Source of the DNA: Deltaproteobacteria bacterium
GTDB lineage: Bacteria; Bacillota; Desulfotomaculia; Desulfotomaculales; JAGUVT01
NCBI GenBank assembly: GCA_020062745.1
Contig: JAGUVT010000014.1
Coordinates: 23,521 to 87,520, forward strand
DNA: 64,000 nt
Reading direction: 5' to 3'
Shown: in pieces, positions 1-10,339 of the stretch
How positions within the stretch are numbered: position 1 is the first letter of the stretch
Layout: every line of letters starts with the position of its first letter
Program-made: the position numbers and the translations under genes
Notes under the pieces: model-generated
What the model was told of the DNA's origin: nothing
The model's input: only the letters and a program-made list of their open reading frames with translations
Databases searched by the model: none

Positions 1-1245
1 CAGTTTCCTGGCCTCGGGCAGACCGGGCTCAAGCAGGTCGGCTGGACGTGCCATAATAATCTCCTCGTCACCAATGATTATTCTTCGTGTTTCTTCATTT
101 ACCGGTGCAGGTGGCTGGCCATAGTAGCCCCGCATGTATTGTTTAACCTCATTGGTAACCATTTTATAGCGGCCAATTAGCACGTTCAGAACAGCCTGCG
201 TGCCGATAATCTGGCTGGACGGAGTGACCAGCGGCGGGTAGCCGAATTCTTCCCGCACCCGCGGCAACTCCGCCAGGACTTCCGGTAGCCGGTGCAAGGC
301 ATTTTGCTGGCACAGTTGAGCGATAAAGTTTGACATCATCCCGCCAGGGATTTGATAAGTCATTACATTGGTATCAATATTCTTGGAAGCAACATCAAAC
401 TCGGAATAGTTTTTACGAATTTCACAAAAATATTCTGCGATTTCCGTCAGCAGGTTGAGGTCAAAACCGGGATCTGCCGGGGTATCTTTTAATGCGGCGC
501 ACATTGTTTCAACTGCCGGCTGGGAAGTTTGCATGGCCATCGAAGAAATGGCGCAGTCGATGATGTCCGCCCCGGCTTCAATTGCTCCCAGGTAGGCCAT
601 GGTGGCCATTCCGCTGGTAAAATGACAGTGCACCTGAACCGGTATTCGCAAAGATTCCTTCCAGGCTTTGATGATTTCATGCGCTGGTTTTGGGGCAAGG
701 ATGCCGGCCATGTCTTTTAAGCAAATAGAGTCTGCCCCCATCCCTTCCAGTATTTTAGCGATTTTTACATAGTATTCGATATTGTGCACCGGGCTGATGG
801 TATAAACCACCGTGGCCTGCGCATGTCCCTTTTCTTTTTTTGTTACCTCTATTGCCTTTCCCATATTGCGAACGTCATTTAAAGCGTCAAAAATGCGTAA
901 AACATCTATACCGTTAGCGATAGTTTTTTTGATAAACTCGGTTAACACATCATCAGGATAATGTTTATACCCTACCACGTTCTGCCCTCTTAAAAGCATT
1001 TGCAGTGGGGTACTGGTCTGCCGGCGGATTAATTGCAGGCGTTCCCATGGGTCTTCTCCTAAAAAGCGCATGCAGGAATCAAAGGTAGCGCCGCCCCATA
1101 CTTCAAGCGAGTGGTAGCCCGCCTGATCAATTTTTTCTAAAATGGGCAGGATATGTTCGATTTTCATTCTGGTGGCCAGTAAGGATTGGTGCCCGTCTCT
1201 CAATGTGGTATCGGTAATTTTTATTTTTCTGCAACCGCTTAACAT
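1..1245 (-). CDS. Transcarboxylase 5S subunit / oxaloacetate-decarboxylase-alpha-type carboxyltransferase (pyruvate carboxyltransferase TIM barrel); 3' end cut by the window edge
   Basis: Absent from the ORF track because it runs off the window. My own minus-strand translation from ATG 1245 gives MLSGCRKIKITDTTLRDGHQSLLATRMKIEHILPILEKIDQAGYHSLEVWGGATF... and stays open to base 1 (415 codons). SD GGAGTGGAG lies 6 nt upstream. TLRDGHQS and EVWGGATF are hallmark motifs of the HMGL-like carboxyltransferase domain. Confidence 0.85.
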   Translation of the reverse strand, partial: MLSGCRKIKITDTTLRDGHQSLLATRMKIEHILPILEKIDQAGYHSLEVWGGATFDSCMRFLGEDPWERLQLIRRQTSTPLQMLLRGQNVVGYKHYPDDVLTEFIKKTIANGIDVLRIFDALNDVRNMGKAIEVTKKEKGHAQATVVYTISPVHNIEYYVKIAKILEGMGADSICLKDMAGILAPKPAHEIIKAWKESLRIPVQVHCHFTSGMATMAYLGAIEAGADIIDCAISSMAMQTSQPAVETMCAALKDTPADPGFDLNLLTEIAEYFCEIRKNYSEFDVASKNIDTNVMTYQIPGGMMSNFIAQLCQQNALHRLPEVLAELPRVREEFGYPPLVTPSSQIIGTQAVLNVLIGRYKMVTNEVKQYMRGYYGQPPAPVNEETRRIIIGDEEIIMARPADLLEPGLPEARKL

Positions 1246-1265
1246 AACTTGCTCCACTCCATTAT

Positions 1266-2201
<936 letters not shown>

Positions 2202-2275
2202 CTATAATTATTATACAGTATATAGTATACAGAATAAAGGAAAAAATAACCACTTAAATTATTATAGTTTTTAAA

Positions 2276-2707
2276 CTAACTTATAATTACCATAACATCC
2301 CCGGCATTAACGCTTTTGCCTTGTTCTACCTTTACTTCTTTAACGGTACCGGCTTTGTTGGCGGTAATCTCATTTTCCATCTTCATGGCTTCCAGCACAA
2401 GTAAAACTTCCCCTACCTTCACCTGTTCGCCTTCTTTAACTCGAACTGAAAGAACTGTGCCAGGCATGGGAGCTGTTACTGTACCGGCTGTAGCGGCTGC
2501 TCTAGGAGTGGGTGGAGGCATAACAGGAGATCTGGGAGCAATCGGCACAGTAGGAGCAGCAGGAACCGGTTTGACGGTTTTGGGAACAGGTGCCGACGCA
2601 GTTGCCGGCGCCGACGCTGCAGGAGATTGCGGACGGTATCCCGCCTCCACTTCCTCCACTTCGACTACATATACTTCGTTATTAACTTTAACTTTAAATG
2701 TTTTCAT
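2276..2707 (-). CDS. Biotin carboxyl carrier protein (transcarboxylase 1.3S-type subunit)
   Basis: 143 aa with C-terminal biotinyl domain and EAMKMENE biotin-lysine motif. A long Ala/Pro-rich linker is present. SD GGAGGGAAG lies 5 nt before the ATG. Confidence 0.9.
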   Translation of the reverse strand: MKTFKVKVNNEVYVVEVEEVEAGYRPQSPAASAPATASAPVPKTVKPVPAAPTVPIAPRSPVMPPPTPRAAATAGTVTAPMPGTVLSVRVKEGEQVKVGEVLLVLEAMKMENEITANKAGTVKEVKVEQGKSVNAGDVMVIIS

Positions 2708-2748
2708 CTAAACTTCCCTCCAATATAGTGGTTAGTGCTTTTTAATTT

Positions 2749-2952
2749 TTAAAGCAAGTCACGGTTAAAATCTCTTACCGACATCGATTCCAGCAATCCG
2801 GCTATCTTCCAGAGGCTGATCTGACCACTTTTTTGAATAGTGTGAACGCGGTACTCTTTCTCTTCAGCCGTGCCGTAAGCTTCAATGGCGGCCGTGATTG
2901 CTGCCAGAACGGCCGGTCTGAGCCGTTGTTGCTTTGTTAAAACATTCGGCAT
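2749..2952 (-). CDS. Small (67 aa) protein of the transcarboxylase operon, unknown function; OadG/MmdD-like C-terminal motif without a membrane anchor
   Basis: ORF with SD GGAG 6 nt upstream, packed tightly between the 12S and biotin-carrier genes. The segment RPAVLAAITAAIEAY resembles, from memory, the conserved soluble segment of decarboxylase gamma/delta subunits. Confidence 0.5.
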   Translation of the reverse strand: MPNVLTKQQRLRPAVLAAITAAIEAYGTAEEKEYRVHTIQKSGQISLWKIAGLLESMSVRDFNRDLL

Positions 2953-2965
2953 GGGGTTCTCCTTT

Positions 2966-4501
2966 CTAGCAGGGCATGTTCCCGTGTTTCTTTCTCGGCC
3001 TGCCTTCCCGTTTGGTAGCCAGTTCTTTAAAGGCGCTGATTACTTTAGCCCTGGTTTCCCGCGGGTCGATTACATCCAATACGTATCCCCTGGCACTGGC
3101 AATATACGGGTTGGCAAATTTATCACGGTATTCCTCGGTCAACCTGGCCCGGGTTTCCGGCGGGTTTTCAGACTCGTTGATTTCTTTGCGGCAAATGATA
3201 TTAACCGCCCCTTCCGGGCCCATTACTGCAATTTCAGCAGTGGGCCAGGCATAAACAGCGTCAGCCCGCAAGGAACTGCTGCACATGGCCACATAGGCGC
3301 CACCATAAGCTTTGCGGAGAATAATGGTTACTTTGGGAACAGTTGCTTCAGAATAAGCATAAAGAATTTTGGCTCCGTGCCTGATAATGCCGCCGTATTC
3401 CTGGCCGGTTCCCGGCAGGTAGCCCGGAACATCCATAAAAGTCAGCAAAGGGATATTAAAGCAATCGCAAAAACGGACAAACCGGCTTATTTTATCGGAA
3501 GCGTTAATGTCCAGGCAGCCTGCCAGATAATTAGGCTGATTGGCAATTATACCGACGGCCTGTCCTTCCAGCCGGGCAAAACCAACTACTGCATTTAAGG
3601 CGTAGTTGGCGTGGACTTCAAACAGTTCGCCGGTATCAACCACATAACGGATAATATTTCGCACGTCATAAGACTTATTCGGATCATCAGGGATTACTTT
3701 AATCAGTTCTTCGGCGTCGCCGGGTGGCGACTTGACTTCGCTTAAAGGCGGCTCTGAAAGGTTGTTTGAAGGTAAATAACTCAGCAGTTGGCGGATCATG
3801 GAAATACAATCCTCTTCGCTGTCGGCCATAAAGTGGGCCACTCCGCTGACCTGGTTGTGTGTGGCGGCGCCGCCCAGCGCTTCCATGGAAACGTCCTCGC
3901 CGGTAGTGGCTTTGATTACCTGGGGGCCGGTGATAAACATCTGGCTTTTTTCGGCCACCATGAAAATGTAGTCGGTTAATGCCGGCGAATAAACTGCGCC
4001 TCCGGCACATGGCCCCATAATTACCGAAATCTGAGGGATCACTCCGGAAGCAATGGTATTGCGATAGAATATCTCGCCGTAACCGTTAAGAGCATCCACT
4101 CCTTCCTGGATTCGGGCGCCGCCTGAGTCGTTAAGGCCGATTACCGGCGCCCCCACCTTCATGGCCGCATCAAGTGTCTTACAAATCTTGGCCGCATGGA
4201 TTCTGCCCAGAGAGCCGCCGGTTACCGTAAAGTCCTGGGCAAAAATATAAACCCTGCGGCCGTCGATCATCCCGTGGCCGGTAACCACTCCTTCACCGGG
4301 ATTCTTTAAATCAGCAACGTTTTCCTCACCGGCGAATACGTCCATTTCTACGAAAGTGCCGGCGTCAAACAAAGCGTTGATTCTCTCCCGGGCAGTCTTT
4401 TTGCCCGCCTCATGCTGTTTTTGAATGCGTTCCGGCCCGCCGCCTGCTTCAATTTGTTTCCGTAATTTTTTCAGTTGTTCTAATTTTTCCTGCATACTCA
4501 T
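2966..4501 (-). CDS. Methylmalonyl-CoA carboxyltransferase 12S subunit (propionyl-CoA carboxylase beta family)
   Basis: The track ORF is 2966..4540. I trimmed the start to ATG 4501 (MSMQEKLEQL...) because GGAGGT lies 7 nt upstream and this removes the overlap with the epimerase gene. Carboxyltransferase family sequence runs throughout (GGSLG, DSGGARIQEG, two crotonase-like halves). Confidence 0.93.
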   Translation of the reverse strand: MSMQEKLEQLKKLRKQIEAGGGPERIQKQHEAGKKTARERINALFDAGTFVEMDVFAGEENVADLKNPGEGVVTGHGMIDGRRVYIFAQDFTVTGGSLGRIHAAKICKTLDAAMKVGAPVIGLNDSGGARIQEGVDALNGYGEIFYRNTIASGVIPQISVIMGPCAGGAVYSPALTDYIFMVAEKSQMFITGPQVIKATTGEDVSMEALGGAATHNQVSGVAHFMADSEEDCISMIRQLLSYLPSNNLSEPPLSEVKSPPGDAEELIKVIPDDPNKSYDVRNIIRYVVDTGELFEVHANYALNAVVGFARLEGQAVGIIANQPNYLAGCLDINASDKISRFVRFCDCFNIPLLTFMDVPGYLPGTGQEYGGIIRHGAKILYAYSEATVPKVTIILRKAYGGAYVAMCSSSLRADAVYAWPTAEIAVMGPEGAVNIICRKEINESENPPETRARLTEEYRDKFANPYIASARGYVLDVIDPRETRAKVISAFKELATKREGRPRKKHGNMPC

Positions 4502-4520
4502 ATATGAAACCTCCAGTCTG

Positions 4521-4925
4521 CTAACGCTCGCATAGTTCAATCAGGGTGCCTAAAGTGGACTGTGGATGCAAAAAGGCGATCCGGGCGCCGCCGGCACCGC
4601 GGCGCGGTTTTTCATCAATCAGGCGGACACCTTTGGCTTTCAGTTCGGCTAACCTTGCTTCGAGGTTTTCCACCCGGAAAGCGACGTGCTGGATTCCCTC
4701 GCCGTTTTTTTCGATGTATCTGGCCACCGGCCCGTCAGGGGAGGTGGATTCTAAAAGCTCCACCTCGCTGTCTCCGGTGGGGAGAAAAGCAACTTTTACT
4801 TTTTGTTCTTCGACAATTTCCGTATCGGTTACCTTTAACCCCAGGAGTCCTTCGTAAAGTTCTATGGCTTTATTTAAGTCCTTGACGGCAACTCCGATAT
4901 GGTCGATCTTTTTAATCACTGACAT
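4521..4925 (-). CDS. mce: Methylmalonyl-CoA epimerase (VOC/glyoxalase fold)
   Basis: 134 aa with IDHIGVAV...GIQHVAF...FLHP metal-ligand pattern typical of the epimerase. The true start may be GTG 4919, which has GGGAGGG 6 nt upstream. Confidence 0.88.
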   Translation of the reverse strand: MSVIKKIDHIGVAVKDLNKAIELYEGLLGLKVTDTEIVEEQKVKVAFLPTGDSEVELLESTSPDGPVARYIEKNGEGIQHVAFRVENLEARLAELKAKGVRLIDEKPRRGAGGARIAFLHPQSTLGTLIELCER

Positions 4926-4958
4926 CCCTCCCTTATTTATTAAAATATATCCATTTTT

Positions 4959-6656
4959 TTAAAATATAACCTGCTGCTCGTATTCGCCAAAGACTTCTCT
5001 TAACACGCCGCATATTTCTCCCAGCGTGGCATAATTTCTCACCGCTTCAATAAAGATGGGCATTAAATTATCCTTGCCTGCCGCTGCTTTGCGCAACCCG
5101 GACAGAATTGATTCCACCCTGGCATTGTCTCTTCCGGCCCGTAACTTTTTCAATTTTTCCGCCTGGCGCTCGCCGACGGTCAGGTCTACTTTCAACAGGT
5201 CTTTCGGTTTCTCCGGCGGCATTACGAATTTATTGACACCGATGACCACCTTCTGGCCCGACTCAATATCTTGCTGATATTTATAAGCGCTGTTGTGGAT
5301 TTCCCGCTGCATAAAGTCCAGAGCTTTTGTCGAACCGCCCAATTCGTCGATTTTGCTGATATACTGTTGTGCTTTTTCCTCCAACTGGCCGGTCAGGTTT
5401 TCCATAAAGTAAGAACCGCCCAGTGGATCCACAGTATCGGCGACACCAATTTCATAGCCGACCACCTGTTGGGTACGCAGGGCGATTAATACCGATTCTT
5501 CAGTCGGCAGGGCCAGGGCTTCGTCCCGGGAGTTGGTGTGCAGGGATTGGGTTCCTCCCAGAACGGCGCTCAAAGCCTGGAACGCCACCCGCATGATATT
5601 TACATCGGGCTGCTGGGCGGTTAGAGTACAGCCGGCAGTTTGGGTATGGAACCGTAACATGCACGGGCGGGGATTTTTGGCCCCGAACCGTTCTTTCATG
5701 ATTTTCGCCCATAAGCGGCGGGCAGCCCGGAACTTGGCTATTTCTTCAAAGAAGTTGAGGTGGGCGTTGAAGAAGAAAGACAACCTGCCGGCAAAATCAT
5801 CTATGTTCAATCCGGCTTTAACGGCCGCATCTACGTAGGCGATACCGTTTGCCAGGGTGAACGCGACTTCCTGAGCGGCAGTGGATCCGGCTTCTCTGAT
5901 ATGATAACCGCTGATGCTGATCGTATTCCAGGCCGGTATTTCTTTGGCGCAATAAGCAAAGATATCGGTGATCAGGCGCATGGAGGGCTCCGGTGGCAGA
6001 ATATAAGTGCCTCTGGCGATATACTCCTTCAAGATGTCATTTTGGATAGTGCCATTTAGTTTTGACGGCTCTACTCCCTGTTTCTCAGCAACTGCAATAT
6101 ACATGGCCAGTAAAATGGCGGCCGGTGCGTTAATGGTCATGGAGGTGCTTACTTTATCAAGAGGTATTTGGTCAAATAGGGTTTCCATATCCATGATGGA
6201 GTCGATGGCTACCCCTACTTTGCCGACTTCCCCGCTGGCCAGCGGATGATCGGAATCATATCCGATCTGGGTGGGCAAATCGAAAGCTACCGAGAGGCCG
6301 GTTTGACCCTGCTCCAACAGATAACGGAAGCGGCGGTTGGTTTCTTCCGCTGTGCCGAATCCGGCGTACTGGCGCATGGTCCACAACCGCCCGCGGTACA
6401 TGTTCGGCTGTACTCCGCGGGTAAAAGGATACTCGCCGGGCAATCCCAGATCCTGCATATAATCAAAATCAGCGTCCGGCGTATAGAGACACTCAATTGG
6501 CACCCCTGAGTCGGTGCTGAAGTCCGCCTGCCGTTCGGGACGTTTTTTTAAGGTTGTTTCCAGTCTGGTTTGCCAGGCCTCTTTGAGAGCAGCAATTTCT
6601 TTTAGTTTTTCTTGATTAAACAAAACCTTCCTCCTTTCTTTTCTCCCCTTCGTCAA
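4959..6656 (-). CDS. mcmA: Methylmalonyl-CoA mutase, catalytic (N-terminal, substrate-binding) subunit; no fused B12-binding domain
   Basis: The canonical MCM signature is intact: RQYAGF (Tyr89), [14 protein letters not shown] (Gln197/Arg207) and SGYH (Tyr243/His244), in P. shermanii numbering. The protein ends at ~565 aa, before where the cobalamin domain would start. The start is more likely TTG 6623 (AGGAGG 6 nt upstream) than TTG 6656. Confidence 0.92.
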   Translation of the reverse strand: MTKGRKERRKVLFNQEKLKEIAALKEAWQTRLETTLKKRPERQADFSTDSGVPIECLYTPDADFDYMQDLGLPGEYPFTRGVQPNMYRGRLWTMRQYAGFGTAEETNRRFRYLLEQGQTGLSVAFDLPTQIGYDSDHPLASGEVGKVGVAIDSIMDMETLFDQIPLDKVSTSMTINAPAAILLAMYIAVAEKQGVEPSKLNGTIQNDILKEYIARGTYILPPEPSMRLITDIFAYCAKEIPAWNTISISGYHIREAGSTAAQEVAFTLANGIAYVDAAVKAGLNIDDFAGRLSFFFNAHLNFFEEIAKFRAARRLWAKIMKERFGAKNPRPCMLRFHTQTAGCTLTAQQPDVNIMRVAFQALSAVLGGTQSLHTNSRDEALALPTEESVLIALRTQQVVGYEIGVADTVDPLGGSYFMENLTGQLEEKAQQYISKIDELGGSTKALDFMQREIHNSAYKYQQDIESGQKVVIGVNKFVMPPEKPKDLLKVDLTVGERQAEKLKKLRAGRDNARVESILSGLRKAAAGKDNLMPIFIEAVRNYATLGEICGVLREVFGEYEQQVIF

Positions 6657-7523
6657 TCAAGCCAAAAGTTTTCTAATCATCTCCGGTACTTCGGACGGCA
6701 TTTCGGCTACCAGGGCGCCGGCTTCGGCAAGGGCTTTTACTTTCCCCTCGTAAGTTCCTTTACCTCTTCTGATAATTGCTCCGGCGTGACCCATCCGTTT
6801 TTCCGGGGGGGCGCTCTTGCCGGCAATATAAGCTACCACCGGCTTGGTCATCTCTTTAATATAAACCGAGGCTTCTTCCTCGGCGTTGCCGCCGATTTCG
6901 CCAATCAACACAACAGCTTTTGTTTCCGGATCGGCTTCAAAAAGTTTTAGCACGTCAATAAAAGTAAGACCCACAATGCGGTCTCCGCCCATACCGACAG
7001 CAGTGGATTGACCGAACCCGGCTGCAATCAAGTTTCCTGCGATCTCGTAAGTTAAAGTTCCGCTGCGGGATACCATTCCCACCGGACCGGGCATGAAAAA
7101 CTGGTTGGGCGGTATGCCTATTTTGCATTTACCGGAAGAAACAATACCAAACGTGTTGGGCCCGATGAGGACGGCCTTCTTCCGCTGGGCATAGGCTATA
7201 AACTCCATTTCGTCCTGTACCGGAATATGTTCAGTGATCACTACCACAGTGCCGATTCCCGCCTCCAGGGCTTCCAGGACGGCATCTTTGGCGAAGGCGG
7301 CAGGGATAAAGATTACCGACGCATCGACCTGATGTTCTTGTAAAACCGCCCGTACCGTGTCGTAAACCGGTATGTCTTCAAATTTGCTGCCGCCTTTCCC
7401 CGGCGCCACGCCGGCTACAACCTTCGTGCCATAAGCCAACATTTGCCTGGTGTGAAAAGAACCTTGCTTACCAGTAATACCCTGGACCATAACACGGGTA
7501 TTTTGATCAACAATAATGGCCAC
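6657..7523 (-). CDS. sucD: Succinyl-CoA synthetase alpha subunit
   Basis: 288 aa with [12 protein letters not shown] and the phosphohistidine loop MGHAGAI. GTG start. Confidence 0.93.
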   Translation of the reverse strand: MAIIVDQNTRVMVQGITGKQGSFHTRQMLAYGTKVVAGVAPGKGGSKFEDIPVYDTVRAVLQEHQVDASVIFIPAAFAKDAVLEALEAGIGTVVVITEHIPVQDEMEFIAYAQRKKAVLIGPNTFGIVSSGKCKIGIPPNQFFMPGPVGMVSRSGTLTYEIAGNLIAAGFGQSTAVGMGGDRIVGLTFIDVLKLFEADPETKAVVLIGEIGGNAEEEASVYIKEMTKPVVAYIAGKSAPPEKRMGHAGAIIRRGKGTYEGKVKALAEAGALVAEMPSEVPEMIRKLLA

Positions 7524-7543
7524 TAATAAGACAACCCCTTTAA

Positions 7544-8674
7544 CTAAAGACTTCCTGCCGGTACCAGTGCAGCCAGTTCTACCGCCTTGGCTGCCGCCTC
7601 GTCCATATTCGTGTAAGCTTCAATCCCCTGTTCCCGCAAAATACGCCTTCCTTCCTCCTGGTTGGTACCCACCAGCCTGATTACCACCGGTACAGGGATG
7701 CCGTGCTCTTTTTTTACCTTTGCGAAGGCGCCGGCAACATCATCGCACCGGGTAATACCGCCGAATATGTTAATAAAAATTACTTTCGGATCTTTCGCCA
7801 GCAAAATTTCTAAAGCTTTGGCAGTAGCCTCCATATCGGTTCCGCCGCCTACATCCATAAAATCGGCCGGCGCGCCGCCGTAACGCTGGATTATATCCAG
7901 GGTGCTCATGGTAATGCCAGCGCCGTTTGCCATTACGGCAATGTCCCCCTCCAGTTCAACATATGAAATGCCGAGGTCCTGGGCCAGTTTTTCTGCTTCG
8001 GTTTGTTCTTCTATATATGGAATGTCTTTCTGCCTGAACAGGGCTTCAGAGTCAATGATTACCTTGGCGTCAGCCGCAATAATTTTTTCTCCGCAGAATA
8101 CCAACGGGTTAATCTCAACCAGTATAGCATCTTTCTCCTGAAATATTTTATATGCCGCCAGAATAATATTAAGCAGCTCTTTTCCCTGCCTGCTGCCTAC
8201 ATCCAGACCCAGCCGGCGAACAATGTTGCGGGCAATAAAAGGGTGTATCCCGAGTTCCACATCGAGGTGTACTTTGACAATTTTATTTTCAGGCACTTCT
8301 TCAATATCCATGCCCCCCTGGCTGGAAGCAATGATTACCGGTTTCTTAGCTCCTCCGTCAATCGTGACGGACAGGTAAAACTCCCGGTCGATATGCAACT
8401 TTTCTTCGATCAGCAGCTTTTCTACCGTATGCCCCTCGATTTTCATGCCTAACAATTCCCGGGCAGCTTTTTTAGCCTCTGCCGACGTGTCGGCAAATTT
8501 AATGCCGCCGCCTTTTCCCCGTTTACCTGAAAGAACCTGTGCTTTGATTGCTACCGAACCGATTTCCGTAGCAACCCAGGCTGCTTCATAAGCAGTGGTA
8601 ACCACTCTTCCTTTTGGCACCCGCAGGCCAAAGCGGCTGAAAAGTTCCTTTCCCATGTATTCAAATATTCTCAC
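7544..8674 (-). CDS. sucC: Succinyl-CoA synthetase beta subunit (ATP-grasp)
   Basis: 376 aa with N-terminus [12 protein letters not shown] and an ATP-grasp plus ligase-CoA domain order. GTG start, adjacent to sucD. Confidence 0.93.
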   Translation of the reverse strand: MRIFEYMGKELFSRFGLRVPKGRVVTTAYEAAWVATEIGSVAIKAQVLSGKRGKGGGIKFADTSAEAKKAARELLGMKIEGHTVEKLLIEEKLHIDREFYLSVTIDGGAKKPVIIASSQGGMDIEEVPENKIVKVHLDVELGIHPFIARNIVRRLGLDVGSRQGKELLNIILAAYKIFQEKDAILVEINPLVFCGEKIIAADAKVIIDSEALFRQKDIPYIEEQTEAEKLAQDLGISYVELEGDIAVMANGAGITMSTLDIIQRYGGAPADFMDVGGGTDMEATAKALEILLAKDPKVIFINIFGGITRCDDVAGAFAKVKKEHGIPVPVVIRLVGTNQEEGRRILREQGIEAYTNMDEAAAKAVELAALVPAGSL

Positions 8675-8711
8675 TGCCTAATTCTTCCCCTCCGGTTATT
8701 TATTAATACAA

Positions 8712-9830
8712 TTAACGAGGTTCAAGTTCTACCTCCTTATAGGTAGTCAGAGGCAATTTTTCCTCCCGGTCTTTACCCGGGATGTAATCGAACAGGTCCT
8801 GAACCTTTTTACCAACAGCCCTGAATATAATGGAAATGGGCAGTTCGCTGGGACAGGCGCTTTCACACTGGCCGCACCCAATGCAACTCATACCCATGTG
8901 ATTAAGTCTGGTCAGATGGAACAGCACTGTATCGGTGGGCATTTCAATTATGCCCTTGCGGGAAGCCCATTTAATATATTTTTCCGGTTCATGATCGAAA
9001 ACAGGACCTTCAAAAACACATTGCCGGCAAAAACACAACGGGCAGGCCCGGCGGCAGTTCTGACAGCGGAGACAGGTGGCCAGTTCGGCCGTCAATGCCT
9101 CTATGTTATCGAACTTCCGGTCGAACTCATGAAAAACCCTTTCTTTTTCTGCCGCCCGATTTTCCTTCAAACGGGCAATCAGAGTCAGCCTTTCAGCCGG
9201 CATTTCTATTTCCTCCAAAGCTAAATTTTCTTTGAGCATGGAAGCAATTTCATCCGGCATGGAAATGACGAATTGCTCATTCAACCCTACCCACCCGATT
9301 GTCAGATCAACATTTTCCGGCACAATCTGGTCGCAAGTCCGGCAGCAATGCCGGATTGTAACGTTGCCCGTCCCAATGTTTTCCCCTTTTGCGGCCTGGT
9401 TTATCCAAACGTCCTGGGTAAGCAGGTTTTTACCTGCCATCCGGGAGTAATCTGTGGGATTAAAAGTACCCAAACAATCTACCCCGATTAATAATAAGTG
9501 ATCGAGGGAAGCCTGATTTAATTTGACCAGTTCTACCAGCGCCCGTGCTTCACAGGGACGCAGCACGACCCCGATTTTCTCTTCTGGATCGGTGAAAGTG
9601 AGATCGGAAACATGCCTGGCTGCATTAGCCAGGCTGACGGGAGCCAGCGGAGCAACTGCCGCAATCCGGTCGGCTTCTTTCACCAGGGTGGAAACCACGC
9701 TGTTTTTAGAAGTTACTTCCTGGGGAACCAGTAATGAGTCAACTGCTTTTTCAGTTAATAAGGCACGAAAGAAGGATAACAAAGCAGTGCCAGGATTTTG
9801 CCCGGTAAATTTTAACGACATGTTTTTCAT
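8712..9830 (-). CDS. FrhB/FdhB-family-like iron-sulfur (flavo)protein with two C-terminal [4Fe-4S] ferredoxin motifs
   Basis: The track ORF is 8712..9860. I prefer ATG 9830 (MKNMSLKF...), which has GAGGT 7 nt upstream. Motifs CLRCQNCRRACP and CIGCGQCESACP are present. The N-terminal two thirds resemble the F420-hydrogenase/formate-dehydrogenase beta-subunit fold. That family assignment was made by eye only. Confidence 0.65.
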   Translation of the reverse strand: MKNMSLKFTGQNPGTALLSFFRALLTEKAVDSLLVPQEVTSKNSVVSTLVKEADRIAAVAPLAPVSLANAARHVSDLTFTDPEEKIGVVLRPCEARALVELVKLNQASLDHLLLIGVDCLGTFNPTDYSRMAGKNLLTQDVWINQAAKGENIGTGNVTIRHCCRTCDQIVPENVDLTIGWVGLNEQFVISMPDEIASMLKENLALEEIEMPAERLTLIARLKENRAAEKERVFHEFDRKFDNIEALTAELATCLRCQNCRRACPLCFCRQCVFEGPVFDHEPEKYIKWASRKGIIEMPTDTVLFHLTRLNHMGMSCIGCGQCESACPSELPISIIFRAVGKKVQDLFDYIPGKDREEKLPLTTYKEVELEPR

Positions 9831-9847
9831 TAAATATACCTCGCTGC

Positions 9848-10339
9848 TTAAATTTCCCACTGCATTTTAAGTGGATTGGGCCCCAATTTTTTCAAGGCAT
9901 CTACCATCTGCTGCACTGTTTCCCCGAACAGCTTTCCTTCTGAAGCACTGATAAATCTAAACCAGACCCGCTCCTCCGGAATGCCGAATTGTTTTAAAAT
10001 GGTTTTGACCACGGCAATTTTACGCCTGGCCTTGAGATTACCACTAACATAGTGGCACTCGCCAGCGTGTCACCCTCCTACCAATACCCCATCGACTCCT
10101 TCCAAAATTGGCTTTAAAATATAGAGAGGGTCTACCGAACCGGTACACATAACCCGGATAATCCTGATATTGGGGGGATACTGAATGCGGGAAGTGCCTG
10201 CCAGATCGGCTCCGGTATAGGTACACCAGTTACAGAAAAGGGCTATGATTTTCGGTTCAAACTCTTGCTCTGTTTGTGATTCGAAAACTGCTTCTGCCGG
10301 TTGCAAAGGCACAATACCTCCTTTAGCCAAGAGCAGCAT
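9848..10339 (-). CDS. mvhD: MvhD/FlxD-like electron-transfer protein, predicted selenoprotein (UGA-Sec at 10070-10072); 163 aa when read through
   Basis: The track stops the ORF at TGA 10070-10072 (89 aa). The same frame continues for 73 more codons to TAA 9848-9850: ...GVLVGG-U-HAGECHYVSGNLKARRKIAVVKTILKQFGIPEERVWFRFISASEGKLF.... This matches the MvhD core (FCNWCTYTGADLAG...RVMCTG...GGCHxGDCHY...SASEG). The start may be GTG 10312 (AAGGAGG upstream). Confidence 0.75.
10023..10067 (-). promoter_or_regulatory. SECIS-like stem-loop directly downstream of the in-frame UGA
   Basis: Thirteen nt after the UGA is the hairpin UGCCACUA-UGU-UAGUGGUA (10039-10057, GU in the apical loop). It is stacked on a lower helix CGCUGGC / GCCAG(G)CG (10061-10067 pairing with 10023-10030). 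Confidence 0.55.

Noticed and set aside
2316-3598. Long plus-strand ORFs in the track (2316..2711, 2885..3598, 2976..3254). Many similar antisense ORFs occur across the window, for example 5533..5838, 8003..8452, 32244..32879, 37102..37668, 51663..52394, 54527..55165 and 56867..57451.
   Set aside because: Each lies entirely antisense to a gene with unmistakable family motifs. Their translations are low-complexity or Pro/Arg/Ser-rich with no recognisable domains and no SD-start arrangement. They are typical shadow ORFs of moderately GC-rich coding DNA.
5731-5752. An identical 20-nt string ttctttgaagaaatagccaa shared by mutase paralogue 1 (reverse strand, 5731-5752) and paralogue 3 (56611-56632), considered as a possible repeat element.
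   Set aside because: It encodes the invariant FFEEIAK motif of the mutase family with the same preferred codons. The flanking DNA diverges immediately, so this reflects paralogy and not a mobile or regulatory repeat.
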